From: Patescibacteria group bacterium
Lineage (GTDB): Bacteria > Patescibacteriota > Microgenomatia > Woykebacterales > RBG-16-39-9b
Assembly (NCBI GenBank): GCA_022574495.1
Contig: JACZRW010000001.1
Coordinates: forward strand, 1-52,549
Direction: 5' to 3'
DNA length: 52,549 bases
Under the pieces are notes generated by a model. The model was not told where the DNA came from and made no database searches. It was given only the letters and a program-made list of their open reading frames with translations. Position numbers and translations under genes: made by a program. Positions 29,002 through 37,094 of this stretch are shown here, piece after piece. Position 1 is the stretch's first letter. Every line of letters begins with the position of its first letter.

Positions 29002-29343
29002 GTGAGTAAGTTGATTTTGGAGAATAAGCCGTTAAAGTTCGAGCTCTTGAAGCTCGAGTGTTCATGCGGTACCATCCTTCAGGCTTTCCAGCCTGATGAA
29101 GGGGAGTACCCTGACGTTGAGGGGGAGATGATAGGTGTTCCGACCTTAAGCTCATTCGAACCCTGGTGGACAGAACGTGCCGACGAGGAGGATCGGGGTT
29201 GGGCCGCCAAGGAGGAGGAGAAATTCATTGAGGGCGGGCTCTATGCCGCCAGCCTCGAGGATGCGTTGCGAAAGCAGCCTGTCCATGACGTCTTTTCAAC
29301 TGGCGGCGTTCTGATCAAGACTGGCCACAAAACGGACACCTAG
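29002..29343 (+). CDS. Hypothetical acidic 113-aa protein (island C)
   Basis: GTG start 4 nt after TAGGAGGTAAAG. G+C-rich (line 29161-29220 has 41 of 60). No family recognised; contains CSCG and EEDRGWAAKEEEKF. Confidence 0.45.
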   Translation: MSKLILENKPLKFELLKLECSCGTILQAFQPDEGEYPDVEGEMIGVPTLSSFEPWWTERADEEDRGWAAKEEEKFIEGGLYAASLEDALRKQPVHDVFSTGGVLIKTGHKTDT

Positions 29344-29551
29344 CCTCAAACCTCGTCTGCTCTGACGCGACGGAAAAATAAGTTCAGAGAATGTGCGCGG
29401 TGCTGAGACTTTGTTGAAGCACAACAAGCGTGCGGGCTGGAGGGGAAATGTTCGGCAACGAACCTCTTCTCCTCCAGTTAATAAGGTTGCAATGACTTGG
29501 CTCCACGTGCCGCAGCTGGATAACCAACTAAAAGTCAATAAATTGGAAATG

Positions 29552-29578
29552 CGACCTAGCGATAGGTCGTTTTTCTTT
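29552..29578 (+). terminator. Intrinsic terminator closing island C
   Basis: CGACCTA-GCGA-TAGGTCG followed by TTTTTCTTT. Confidence 0.65.
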
Positions 29579-29582
29579 GGAA

Positions 29583-31010
29583 TTATTTTATTCTCGGAAA
29601 AAGTGGTTTTTCGCTTTTTATCTTGGGTCCAGAAAATTGTTTGGTGATTTTTTCCGAAGTCTCTGGTAGGAATGGTTTTAAATCAAAAGCGATTTCTTCT
29701 ATGCGATTTACTAAAGTTTCCAAAACTACTTTGATTCCTAAATCGGATATTTCCCAAGGTCTCTCTTTTTCTATATAAAGATCGACAGCACGGATATTTT
29801 CCCAGATAAAGTTTAAGGCTTCGTTGAATTTCAAATTTTCTATAGCGTGTTCAAGTTCTGGGGAAAACTTCTTTGTAGTCCTTTTGATACTGCCCGCATC
29901 GACATTATTAATTTCCAGTAACTTTGATACTCTAGACACTAAATTTCCTAAGCCATTTGCAAGATCGGCGTTGTAAACTTCTTCAAATCTTTCAATAGAA
30001 AAATCACCGTCATTACCGAATGGGATATCTTTTAACAGAAAGTATCGGACTGGGTCGCGCCCATATTTATCTACCAATTCATTTGGATGGGTTACATTTC
30101 CCACCGACTTACTTATTTTTTCACCCTCCACTGTTAAGTAACCATGGACGTATATAGATTTTGGTAGTGGCAAACCTGCAGAAAGTAATATCGCTGGCCA
30201 ATAAACAGCATGAAAACGCAATATCCCTTTACCAATTAGATGTATATTAGCCGGCCACCATTTCTTGAATTTTTTCTCATCTGTTCCGTATCCGATGCCG
30301 GTTAGATATATTCCTAAGGCATCAAACCAAACGTACATTATCTGTTTCGAATCTCCTGGCACTTCTACACCCCAGCCTTTCGCGCGTTTTACGGAACGAG
30401 AAATACTAAAGTCTTCCAAACCTTGGTTGATAAATCCTAGAACTTCATTTTTTCTTTCTTGGGGGACAATTTTTAATTCATCCGATTTAATCAGTTCCTT
30501 TAGTTGAGATTCATATTTTGAAAGCTTAAAAAAGTAATTTTCTTCGCTTACAAGTTCTACTTTTGTCTTATGCTCCGGACATTTCCCATCGATTAGCTCG
30601 TTTTTAGTATAAAATAGTTCACACCCAACACAGTAAAGGCCTTTATAAGGTTTCTTAAATATATCTTTTTCAGCTAGTTTCCAAAGTTTCTGGACTCCTG
30701 GCCAGTGATTTTTTTTGCTTGAACTACGGAAAAAATAATTGTATGAAAAATTTAAGATTGATTTAAGATCCGCAAACTCTTTAGCATAAGTATCGCAAAG
30801 GTGTTGTGTAGAAACCCCGGCCTCTTCCGCCGCCTTTACATTTTTTAAACTATTTTCATCTGCTCCAGTCAATAGATAAGTATCCACACCCTTTTGTCGA
30901 GAATATCTCGCCATAACGTCGCCTTGCACAGCTTCTAGTGCGAAACCAATATGAGGTGCGGCATTTACGTATGGTATTGCCGTTGTTATATAAAATTTAC
31001 CTTTGTTCAT
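29583..31010 (-). CDS. metG: Methionine--tRNA ligase (short form)
   Basis: PYVNAAPHIGFA (HIGH-like), CVGCE...CPEHK zinc knuckle, KISKSVGN (KMSKS). Confidence 0.9.
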   Translation of the reverse strand: MNKGKFYITTAIPYVNAAPHIGFALEAVQGDVMARYSRQKGVDTYLLTGADENSLKNVKAAEEAGVSTQHLCDTYAKEFADLKSILNFSYNYFFRSSSKKNHWPGVQKLWKLAEKDIFKKPYKGLYCVGCELFYTKNELIDGKCPEHKTKVELVSEENYFFKLSKYESQLKELIKSDELKIVPQERKNEVLGFINQGLEDFSISRSVKRAKGWGVEVPGDSKQIMYVWFDALGIYLTGIGYGTDEKKFKKWWPANIHLIGKGILRFHAVYWPAILLSAGLPLPKSIYVHGYLTVEGEKISKSVGNVTHPNELVDKYGRDPVRYFLLKDIPFGNDGDFSIERFEEVYNADLANGLGNLVSRVSKLLEINNVDAGSIKRTTKKFSPELEHAIENLKFNEALNFIWENIRAVDLYIEKERPWEISDLGIKVVLETLVNRIEEIAFDLKPFLPETSEKITKQFSGPKIKSEKPLFPRIK

Positions 31011-31420
31011 CGTGAGGAGAAGTATACCTCAATCAGTAAAGCGATCCCAATTAAAAAAGCCGAATTTAATAGATTATCGAGGCCGTATATTTTTAGAAAG
31101 CCTAGAGATAAAAGTGCGGTTGCAAATATTGCACCGCGGCGCAAAGAGGTACGAAACACTTTTCTTGGTCTTAAAGATTCTTCAAGTTCCAACCTTTTCT
31201 TGGAGGAATCATCAAACAAAAAGTGTACCAAGTAGAGAAAGATTCCGATAGTGGTAGTTATGGCTAACCAGCCAGAAACAAAAAAGTAGATAAAATTTAT
31301 AGTTATAAAATTATCATTTATTTCAGGAGGGATTGTCGGTGGAATTTGCCATACGATATATCCAAACACAACCCAAGAAACTAAACTTAGTAAGAGTATT
31401 GGGATTAAGAATCGCCTCAT
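31007..31420 (-). CDS. Hypothetical membrane protein, 4-nt overlap with the metG start
   Basis: Four hydrophobic segments. I prefer the ATG at 31420 (MRRFLIPILLL) over the TTG at 31501, which would overlap the divergent rmuC promoter. Confidence 0.45.
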   Translation of the reverse strand: MRRFLIPILLLSLVSWVVFGYIVWQIPPTIPPEINDNFITINFIYFFVSGWLAITTTIGIFLYLVHFLFDDSSKKRLELEESLRPRKVFRTSLRRGAIFATALLSLGFLKIYGLDNLLNSAFLIGIALLIEVYFSSR

Positions 31421-31450
31421 TGAATCTATTTTAGCCTCATTCACATTAAG

Positions 31451-31479
31451 TTTACAAGCTGATTGGCTTCTGCTAGTAT
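31451..31479 (+). promoter_or_regulatory. rmuC promoter
   Basis: TTTACA-N17-TAGTAT with TGC extension. The ATG at 31490 follows 10 nt later. Confidence 0.5.
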
Positions 31480-31489
31480 TTCTCATATT

Positions 31490-32536
31490 ATGGATCAACA
31501 AACCCTCCTTTTAATTATTGGCGCTATTGTGGTAATTGGATTTTTTATATTTTATAAACAACTCCAGGAGCTTAAAGAAAAAAAGGAAGATAAATCTCAA
31601 GAAGTGCTGATGAAGTGGCTACAAGAAATGCGTGGAAGCCTGGATAAAAACACCGAGACTCTTGAGAAAAGACTTGAGTCTACAAATAAAGCAATTAATG
31701 AGAGGCTGGACAACGCTGCAAAAGTTATTGGAATGGTAGGGAAAGAAGTAGGCCAGATGAGTGAAATAGGTAGATCTATGAAAGATCTTCAGGATTTCTT
31801 GCGCAGCCCAAAACTGCGGGGAAATATTGGGGAACAAGTATTAAAGGAATTGCTTGGTCAATTTTTACCGAAGCAAAGCTTTCATTTACAGTATCGTTTT
31901 CGCACTGGAGATATAGTTGATGCGGCTATAAAGACAGATAATGGAATTATCCCTATTGATTCAAAATTTCCAATGGAGAATTTTAAAGGAATGATAAAAG
32001 CAGAAACTGAAGTAGAGAAAAAAACTTACGAAAAGGAATTCACCCGTGATGTGAAAAAGCACATAGATGATATTGCCAAGAAATATATTTTACCTGAAGA
32101 AGGCACTACCGATTACGCTCTCATGTACATCCCTTCTGAACCAGTATTTTACGAAATAATGAGTAACATTTCCGAACTTTCCGACTACTCCCAAAAAAGG
32201 CGTGTACTTCCGGTTTCCCCAGCCACTTTTTATGCATATATGCGCGCCATTCTTATGAGTTTTGAAGGGAAAAAAATTGAAGAAAGAACGCGCACTATTC
32301 TCGCCGCAATCAGAGGGATAAAAGGGGACTCAGAAAAATTTGGAGAAGCCCTGCGGGTGCTCACCAAACATATTAATGATACAAAAAATACTTCAGACCT
32401 TGTAAATTCGCGTTATATATCGCTAAATAGTAAGATAGACACCGCTGGTGGATTGAAATCAGGAAAAGGCGAGAGCAAGTCTCTCGAAGAGCCACACCCG
32501 CTCGAAGAAACAGAAGAGATTGCAGAAGAAAGATAG
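31490..32536 (+). CDS. rmuC: DNA recombination protein RmuC
   Basis: N-terminal TM helix plus coiled coil, RGNIGEQVLKELL, IDSKFPMENF, ALMYIPSEPVFYE, ATFYAYMRAI. Confidence 0.85.
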   Translation: MDQQTLLLIIGAIVVIGFFIFYKQLQELKEKKEDKSQEVLMKWLQEMRGSLDKNTETLEKRLESTNKAINERLDNAAKVIGMVGKEVGQMSEIGRSMKDLQDFLRSPKLRGNIGEQVLKELLGQFLPKQSFHLQYRFRTGDIVDAAIKTDNGIIPIDSKFPMENFKGMIKAETEVEKKTYEKEFTRDVKKHIDDIAKKYILPEEGTTDYALMYIPSEPVFYEIMSNISELSDYSQKRRVLPVSPATFYAYMRAILMSFEGKKIEERTRTILAAIRGIKGDSEKFGEALRVLTKHINDTKNTSDLVNSRYISLNSKIDTAGGLKSGKGESKSLEEPHPLEETEEIAEER

Positions 32537-32548
32537 AAAGGATCTGTC

Positions 32549-32845
32549 ATGAGCTTAGCGGAGAAGGTGACATTAGTCATCTGGCTCGCCGTCATTGGTT
32601 TGATGCCAATAGCAGAGATCGCAGGAAATAACACGCTGAACCTGATCTTGCTGCTGCTTTTCTGGGCGATTAGCCTAGTAGTCTCGGTGCCTTTCATCAG
32701 GTCTACGTGGAGCCGGTCAAGTAATCGAAAACTAGGGCTCATACCCTTCACTATTGGATGGTTCGCAGTGGTGATGAGTGGAGCATTGGTGTTACTGCTG
32801 ATTTCTCCAAAGCGTCGGGAAATTGAGGAAGGGAGGCTGCCATGA
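32549..32845 (+). CDS. Small 3-TM membrane protein, 98 aa (island D, ORF1)
   Basis: G+C-rich ORF starting 12 nt after the rmuC stop. Three hydrophobic helices. Confidence 0.5.
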   Translation: MSLAEKVTLVIWLAVIGLMPIAEIAGNNTLNLILLLLFWAISLVVSVPFIRSTWSRSSNRKLGLIPFTIGWFAVVMSGALVLLLISPKRREIEEGRLP

Positions 32846-32937
32846 CCGAATGGTTGACGGCCACGATATTCTTCACCCTCTACCTGGCTGGAATAACTGT
32901 GTTAAGAAGGTGGGTGGCTAAGCACCTAAGTTGGTAG
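32842..32937 (+). CDS. 31-aa single-TM peptide (island D, ORF2)
   Basis: Not in the track (<60 aa). ATGA start/stop overlap with ORF1. MTEWLTATIFFTLYLAGITVLRRWVAKHLSW. Confidence 0.35.
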   Translation: MTEWLTATIFFTLYLAGITVLRRWVAKHLSW

Positions 32938-32950
32938 AAAGGAGGCTGAT

Positions 32951-33265
32951 ATGGTGGAGAAATTGCCAACACTAGCTGTCTACCTTGGTTTTCTCATGGT
33001 AGGAGCGCTAATGTGGGCCATTTTGGTAATGTACGGCATCGAAGACTTTTGGGTATTGGCGACGATTTCAATATCTACAGTCTGGATGTTAGGCGCAGTT
33101 ATCACTTGGTTCATCCTCTGTCTGCATGACCGGGCAGTAGATGGCAGATGGAGCATCCTTAGGGATTTGTATGCCAAGGCCTGGACGAGTGGCTTTTGGT
33201 TCATCACCTTCCCACAACTGGATCTCGAAGTGAGGAACCAGGAGATGAATGAAGCCGGCCAGTAA
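32951..33265 (+). CDS. Small 3-TM membrane protein, 104 aa (island D, ORF3)
   Basis: AAAGGAGG SD 5 nt upstream. Hydrophobic helices and a Trp-rich sequence. Confidence 0.5.
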   Translation: MVEKLPTLAVYLGFLMVGALMWAILVMYGIEDFWVLATISISTVWMLGAVITWFILCLHDRAVDGRWSILRDLYAKAWTSGFWFITFPQLDLEVRNQEMNEAGQ

Positions 33266-33285
33266 CCAGTACGACCTGTCCGCAA

Positions 33286-33323
33286 AACCGCCGTCTCCTC
33301 ATGAGCCGGCGGTTACCATTTTT
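33286..33323 (+). terminator. Intrinsic terminator closing island D
   Basis: AACCGCCG (33286-33293) pairs with CGGCGGTT (33307-33314), followed by ACCATTTTT. Confidence 0.6.
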
Positions 33324-33342
33324 GTGATAGAATTTGTTGACG

Positions 33343-36333
33343 ATGAAGGATAATTTGAAGGGTTTGAATAAAGCTCAGAAAGTGGCGGTAACTACTACCG
33401 AAGGTCCCCTACTAATTATTGCTGGCGCCGGAACTGGGAAGACTATGGTTATCACCCACCGCATCGCCCGTATTATTAAGAAAAAACTTGCTAAACCTTC
33501 CGAAATTTTGGCTCTTACTTTTACCGAAAAAGCCGCCGGAGAAATGGAAGAAAGAGTAGACGTGCTGGTTCCCTACGGCTATATAGATACTTGGATTTCC
33601 ACTTTTCACGCTTTTGGAAATAAAGTACTGCAAGAAAATGCTATCGATCTAGGCCTTCCACCAGATTATCGGGTGATGACCCGCCCGCAACAAGTTCTCT
33701 TTTTCCAACAAAATCTTTTCGCCTTCGATCTTTCTTATTATCGACCCCTCTCCAACCCAACCAAATTTATTGAAGCCATCCTATCTTTTATAAGTCGGGC
33801 TAAAGATGAAGATATTTCTCCAGAGCAATACCTAGCCTATGTGAAAAAGCTAAAAAAGACCTCTCCAGCAAAGCTAGATTTATCTAAAGAAGAATTCAAA
33901 ACAGAAATAAAGAGACAAGAGGAACTAGCTAACACTTATAAAAAATACGAAGATTTAAAAGAAAAAAATGGGCTTTTGGATTTTGGAGATCAAGTGGTAC
34001 TTACCCTGCGCCTTTTTAGGGACCGGCCGAAGATATTGAAAGAGTATCAAGAAAGATTTAAATATATTCTGGTAGATGAATATCAAGATACCAATTGGGC
34101 GCAGAATGAACTGGTAAAACTTTTGGCGAGTTATACAAAGAACATCTGTGTTGTGGCTGATGACGATCAATCTATCTATCGTTTTCGGGGGGCGGCGATA
34201 AGTAATGTTTTGGAATTTAAAAAAACTTACCCTAAAGCAAGAGTAGTTTCATTAATAGAAAATTACCGATCCACCCAACCACTGTTAGATAGTTCATACC
34301 GATTAATTAAGCATAATGATCCAGACCGTCTAGAGGTGAGAGAAAAAATAAGTAAGAAGCTTTTGGCAGTCCGTAAAAATAAAGGAAGAGGTCCTACTGA
34401 ATTATTTGCAGACACGTTGAGTGAAGAAGCCGATCTTGTAGCAAAAGAAATTGAAAATCTTACTCGGGGATTTCACCCAAAACAACCAGGAAAAAAAGCA
34501 GCTGGAAAGTATAGATCGCTTCGTGGGCTAAATTATCGAGATATCGCGATTTTGGTGCGAGCTAATTCTCAAGCCGATCCATTTTTACGTTCACTTAATA
34601 TGAAAGGAATCCCTCACAAATTTGTTGGTTCTTCCGGACTTTATAATCAGCCAGAAGTAAAACTTTTGATTTCCTACCTTTCCGCGATATCAAATTTTGA
34701 CGATAGTTTAAATCTATACAACCTTGCATCATCTGAAATTTATAAACTACCTATTGAGGATGCAATTACCGCTATGGATTTTGCAAAAAAGAGAAGTAAA
34801 ACTTTACGAAATGTGTTTGAAAAAATTGCAGACGGTGATGAAGAAGTGACAGTCAGTGAGGAAGGGATGGTAATAATAGAAAAAATTATTAACGATTTAA
34901 AAGCCGCGGCCGAGCTTTCCAAAAAAGAAAATGTGGGCCGGGTGCTTTATGATTTTTTAAAAGACACCGGTTATTTATCTCGACTAGAAAGAGAAGGGAG
35001 CATCGATTCGGAAATTAAGGTTCAAAATATTTCTAGATTTTTCGATAAAATAAAAGAGTTTGTAGATCTTGTTCAAAATGAATCTACCCGCGCGTTTGTG
35101 GATTACCTAGAGACGATGAGAGGAGTGGGAGATGATCCAGCTACGGTGGAATTTGATCCAGACTTGGACGCGGTAAATGTAATGACTGTACATTCTGCCA
35201 AAGGATTAGAATTTCCGGTGGTTTTTCTCGTAAATCTAGTGGCTGATCGTTTTCCTTCTCGGCAACGTGGCGACCCGATCCCTCTACCAGATGATTTAAT
35301 AAAAGAAACTTTACCAGCCGGAGACTTTCACATGCAAGAGGAAAGAAGGCTTTTTTACGTAGGGATGACTAGAGCCATGGATCGACTATATTTTTCCTGG
35401 GCCAGGGATATGGGTGGAAAAAGGATCAAAAAAGTCTCTCCTTATGTGTTAGAAAGTCTTGATAAGATAGAGTCAATTGCAAAATTAGTAAAATTATCTG
35501 CGGTTGAAAAAATTAAGCAGTTTGCCCCAGTAGAAAAGAAAAATTATAAACTCCCCCAAGCCGACCAAAAAATAATCAAACTAACCCAAGGATCAATTGA
35601 TGATTACGAGACTTGTGCGTATAAATATCGCTACGCCCATGTATTACGTCTACCAATTCTTCGCCATCACGCCATAGTTTACGGTTTTGCTCTGCACGCC
35701 GCCGTCGCCGAATTTTACCGACAAAAAATGAATAGAAGAAAACCCACTCTAAAAAAATTACTTGAGGTTTTAGAAAATACTTGGGTTACCGAAGGATTTC
35801 TATCCGCCGAACACGAAGAAAATAGATTGGAGCAAGCCAAAAAGGTGCTGGAGAGTTTCTATAAAAGAGAAAAGGATAAAAAAGAACTGCCAAAATTTAT
35901 TGAGAAAAATTTCCGTTTTAGTGTTGGTGATGTGTTGGTTACCGGGAGATTTGATCGTGTCGACGTTGAAGGGAACAAAGTTCGTGTTATCGATTTTAAA
36001 TCTAGTGAAAATCGTTCCCTGGAACAATTAGAAAAAGATGCAAAGAGTAGTGTGCAGCTGAGAATATATGCGTTGGGTTATTATAAAAGTTATGGAGTGA
36101 TACCAAAGTTTGTAGGGATTTATGATTTAGAGTCTGGACTTATCGGTGGTTATGAACCCACAAAAGAAGTGATGAAAAAGACAGAAGAGGAAGTGGTGGA
36201 GGTGGCCAGAAACGTACGTGGGGATCTACAAAACGATGCGTTCGTTGCCAATCCAAAGTATTTCGGCCGCCTCCCCGCCTGTTACTACTGTCCATACAGT
36301 AGTATATGCCCATTCTCACTAGCCAAAGGTTAA
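33343..36333 (+). CDS. UvrD/PcrA-type superfamily-1 helicase fused to a C-terminal PD-(D/E)XK (Cas4/AddB-like, 4-Cys) nuclease
   Basis: AGAGTGKT, VDEYQDTN, YRS, VMTVHSAKGLEFPVV. C-terminus has GRFDRVD...VIDFKSS...QLRIYALGY plus C-x(n)-CYYCPYSSIC. TGaTAGAAT box lies 9 nt before the ATG at 33343. Confidence 0.85.
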   Translation: MKDNLKGLNKAQKVAVTTTEGPLLIIAGAGTGKTMVITHRIARIIKKKLAKPSEILALTFTEKAAGEMEERVDVLVPYGYIDTWISTFHAFGNKVLQENAIDLGLPPDYRVMTRPQQVLFFQQNLFAFDLSYYRPLSNPTKFIEAILSFISRAKDEDISPEQYLAYVKKLKKTSPAKLDLSKEEFKTEIKRQEELANTYKKYEDLKEKNGLLDFGDQVVLTLRLFRDRPKILKEYQERFKYILVDEYQDTNWAQNELVKLLASYTKNICVVADDDQSIYRFRGAAISNVLEFKKTYPKARVVSLIENYRSTQPLLDSSYRLIKHNDPDRLEVREKISKKLLAVRKNKGRGPTELFADTLSEEADLVAKEIENLTRGFHPKQPGKKAAGKYRSLRGLNYRDIAILVRANSQADPFLRSLNMKGIPHKFVGSSGLYNQPEVKLLISYLSAISNFDDSLNLYNLASSEIYKLPIEDAITAMDFAKKRSKTLRNVFEKIADGDEEVTVSEEGMVIIEKIINDLKAAAELSKKENVGRVLYDFLKDTGYLSRLEREGSIDSEIKVQNISRFFDKIKEFVDLVQNESTRAFVDYLETMRGVGDDPATVEFDPDLDAVNVMTVHSAKGLEFPVVFLVNLVADRFPSRQRGDPIPLPDDLIKETLPAGDFHMQEERRLFYVGMTRAMDRLYFSWARDMGGKRIKKVSPYVLESLDKIESIAKLVKLSAVEKIKQFAPVEKKNYKLPQADQKIIKLTQGSIDDYETCAYKYRYAHVLRLPILRHHAIVYGFALHAAVAEFYRQKMNRRKPTLKKLLEVLENTWVTEGFLSAEHEENRLEQAKKVLESFYKREKDKKELPKFIEKNFRFSVGDVLVTGRFDRVDVEGNKVRVIDFKSSENRSLEQLEKDAKSSVQLRIYALGYYKSYGVIPKFVGIYDLESGLIGGYEPTKEVMKKTEEEVVEVARNVRGDLQNDAFVANPKYFGRLPACYYCPYSSICPFSLAKG

Positions 36334-36356
36334 ACATAAATATTAACCCATAGTAC

Positions 36357-36385
36357 TTGACAAGTGGGTAATTTTGTGGTATACT
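36357..36385 (+). promoter_or_regulatory. Consensus promoter driving island E
   Basis: TTGACA (36357-36362)-N17-TATACT (36380-36385) with TGG extension, preceded by CCCATAGTAC. Confidence 0.6.
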
Positions 36386-36669
36386 ATATGTATATTTACG
36401 AAGCTAATAAAGTAAGTTCATTTAGCTTCAATACAGGGGTAATTTAAGTTCAAAGGGAAGATTGAGAGGGACTTTTTTGTACTTTGAAAATTATGTACTA
36501 TAAGATAATAGACGTATCTTGCGTTCTGTGAATTAAAGAAGCTGAGTAACTTTCACTAGGCGACTGATGCCTGGATAGAGTTTTCAGGTGTGAGTGTTTG
36601 CCCATCTTAGGTGGTTAAGCACTCCCATCTGGGAGCGAGGATCGGTCAGAAGACAAGGAGGTCAAAGCA

Positions 36670-36846
36670 ATGAGCGGGTTGCAGCTAGCATGGGATGTGT
36701 ATGGAGATGGAAAAGTCTCGAGGCAAAAGGCTTTCGAGGGGTCTTCGTCGTCACGCTCTCGTCAAGCCCGTCTTAGCCGAAAGGTAACCCCGCGGGATTT
36801 GCGCCCAAGTCGAGAAAGGGACGGGGTGAGGAAATTCCAGCGGTAA
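36670..36846 (+). CDS. Possible 58-aa Arg/Ser-rich basic peptide inside the island E transcript
   Basis: Not in the track (<60 aa). AAGGAGGT (36655-36662) lies 7 nt before the ATG. MSGLQLAWDVYGDGKVSRQKAFEGSSSSRSRQARLSRKVTPRDLRPSRERDGVRKFQR. Confidence 0.3.
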   Translation: MSGLQLAWDVYGDGKVSRQKAFEGSSSSRSRQARLSRKVTPRDLRPSRERDGVRKFQR

Positions 36847-37094
36847 AGACTATTCAGAGCAAGGAGAGGAGGTGGTTGCAATTCATAGTTAGCAATCACT
36901 AGCAGATCTTCGTTGGGGGCGCGTAAGTAGGTTAATTCCGAAAAAGCGCGCCTCCTCCCAACTCTTAAAGATTTGGCCCGTAAGTGATTACGGGATTTAA
37001 AAAGAAAAGGAGGTGAATATTACTCCCTACCGCTTAGGGCCAAATTTTTGAGGGTTAGGAAAAGTAACACCAGTTAACTAGTTAATAAAAATCT

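Noticed and set aside
28910-29647. ORFs 28910-29155 (-), 29296-29538 (-) and 29393-29647 (+) in island C
   Set aside because: They have no SD and overlap the SD-preceded 113-aa ORF. The last one crosses the terminator and the metG 3' end. All are likely shadow ORFs, although the 3' region may be functional as RNA.
36594-36776. GTG-start 60-aa ORF in island E
   Set aside because: It has no SD and overlaps, in another frame, the better-supported SD-preceded 58-codon ORF. The composition alone explains the open frame.
36555-37050. Island E as RNase P RNA, tmRNA or SRP RNA
   Set aside because: GAGGAAATTCCAGCGGTAAAGAC loosely recalls the RNase P P4/CR-I box. However, the other conserved blocks (ACAGAA.CCGGCTTA, GGTAAGAGCGCACC) are not in the right order. 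There is no tRNA-like 3' end or tag ORF for tmRNA, and no GGAA/AGCA domain IV for SRP RNA.
15659-37075. Recurrence of GTTACT/AGTAAC and ACTAGG near the edges of islands B, C and E as a shared attachment motif
   Set aside because: Hexamers like these are expected roughly two dozen times on both strands of a 52-kb A+T-rich window. Only the 15-of-16-nt island B pair seemed worth keeping, and that at low confidence.
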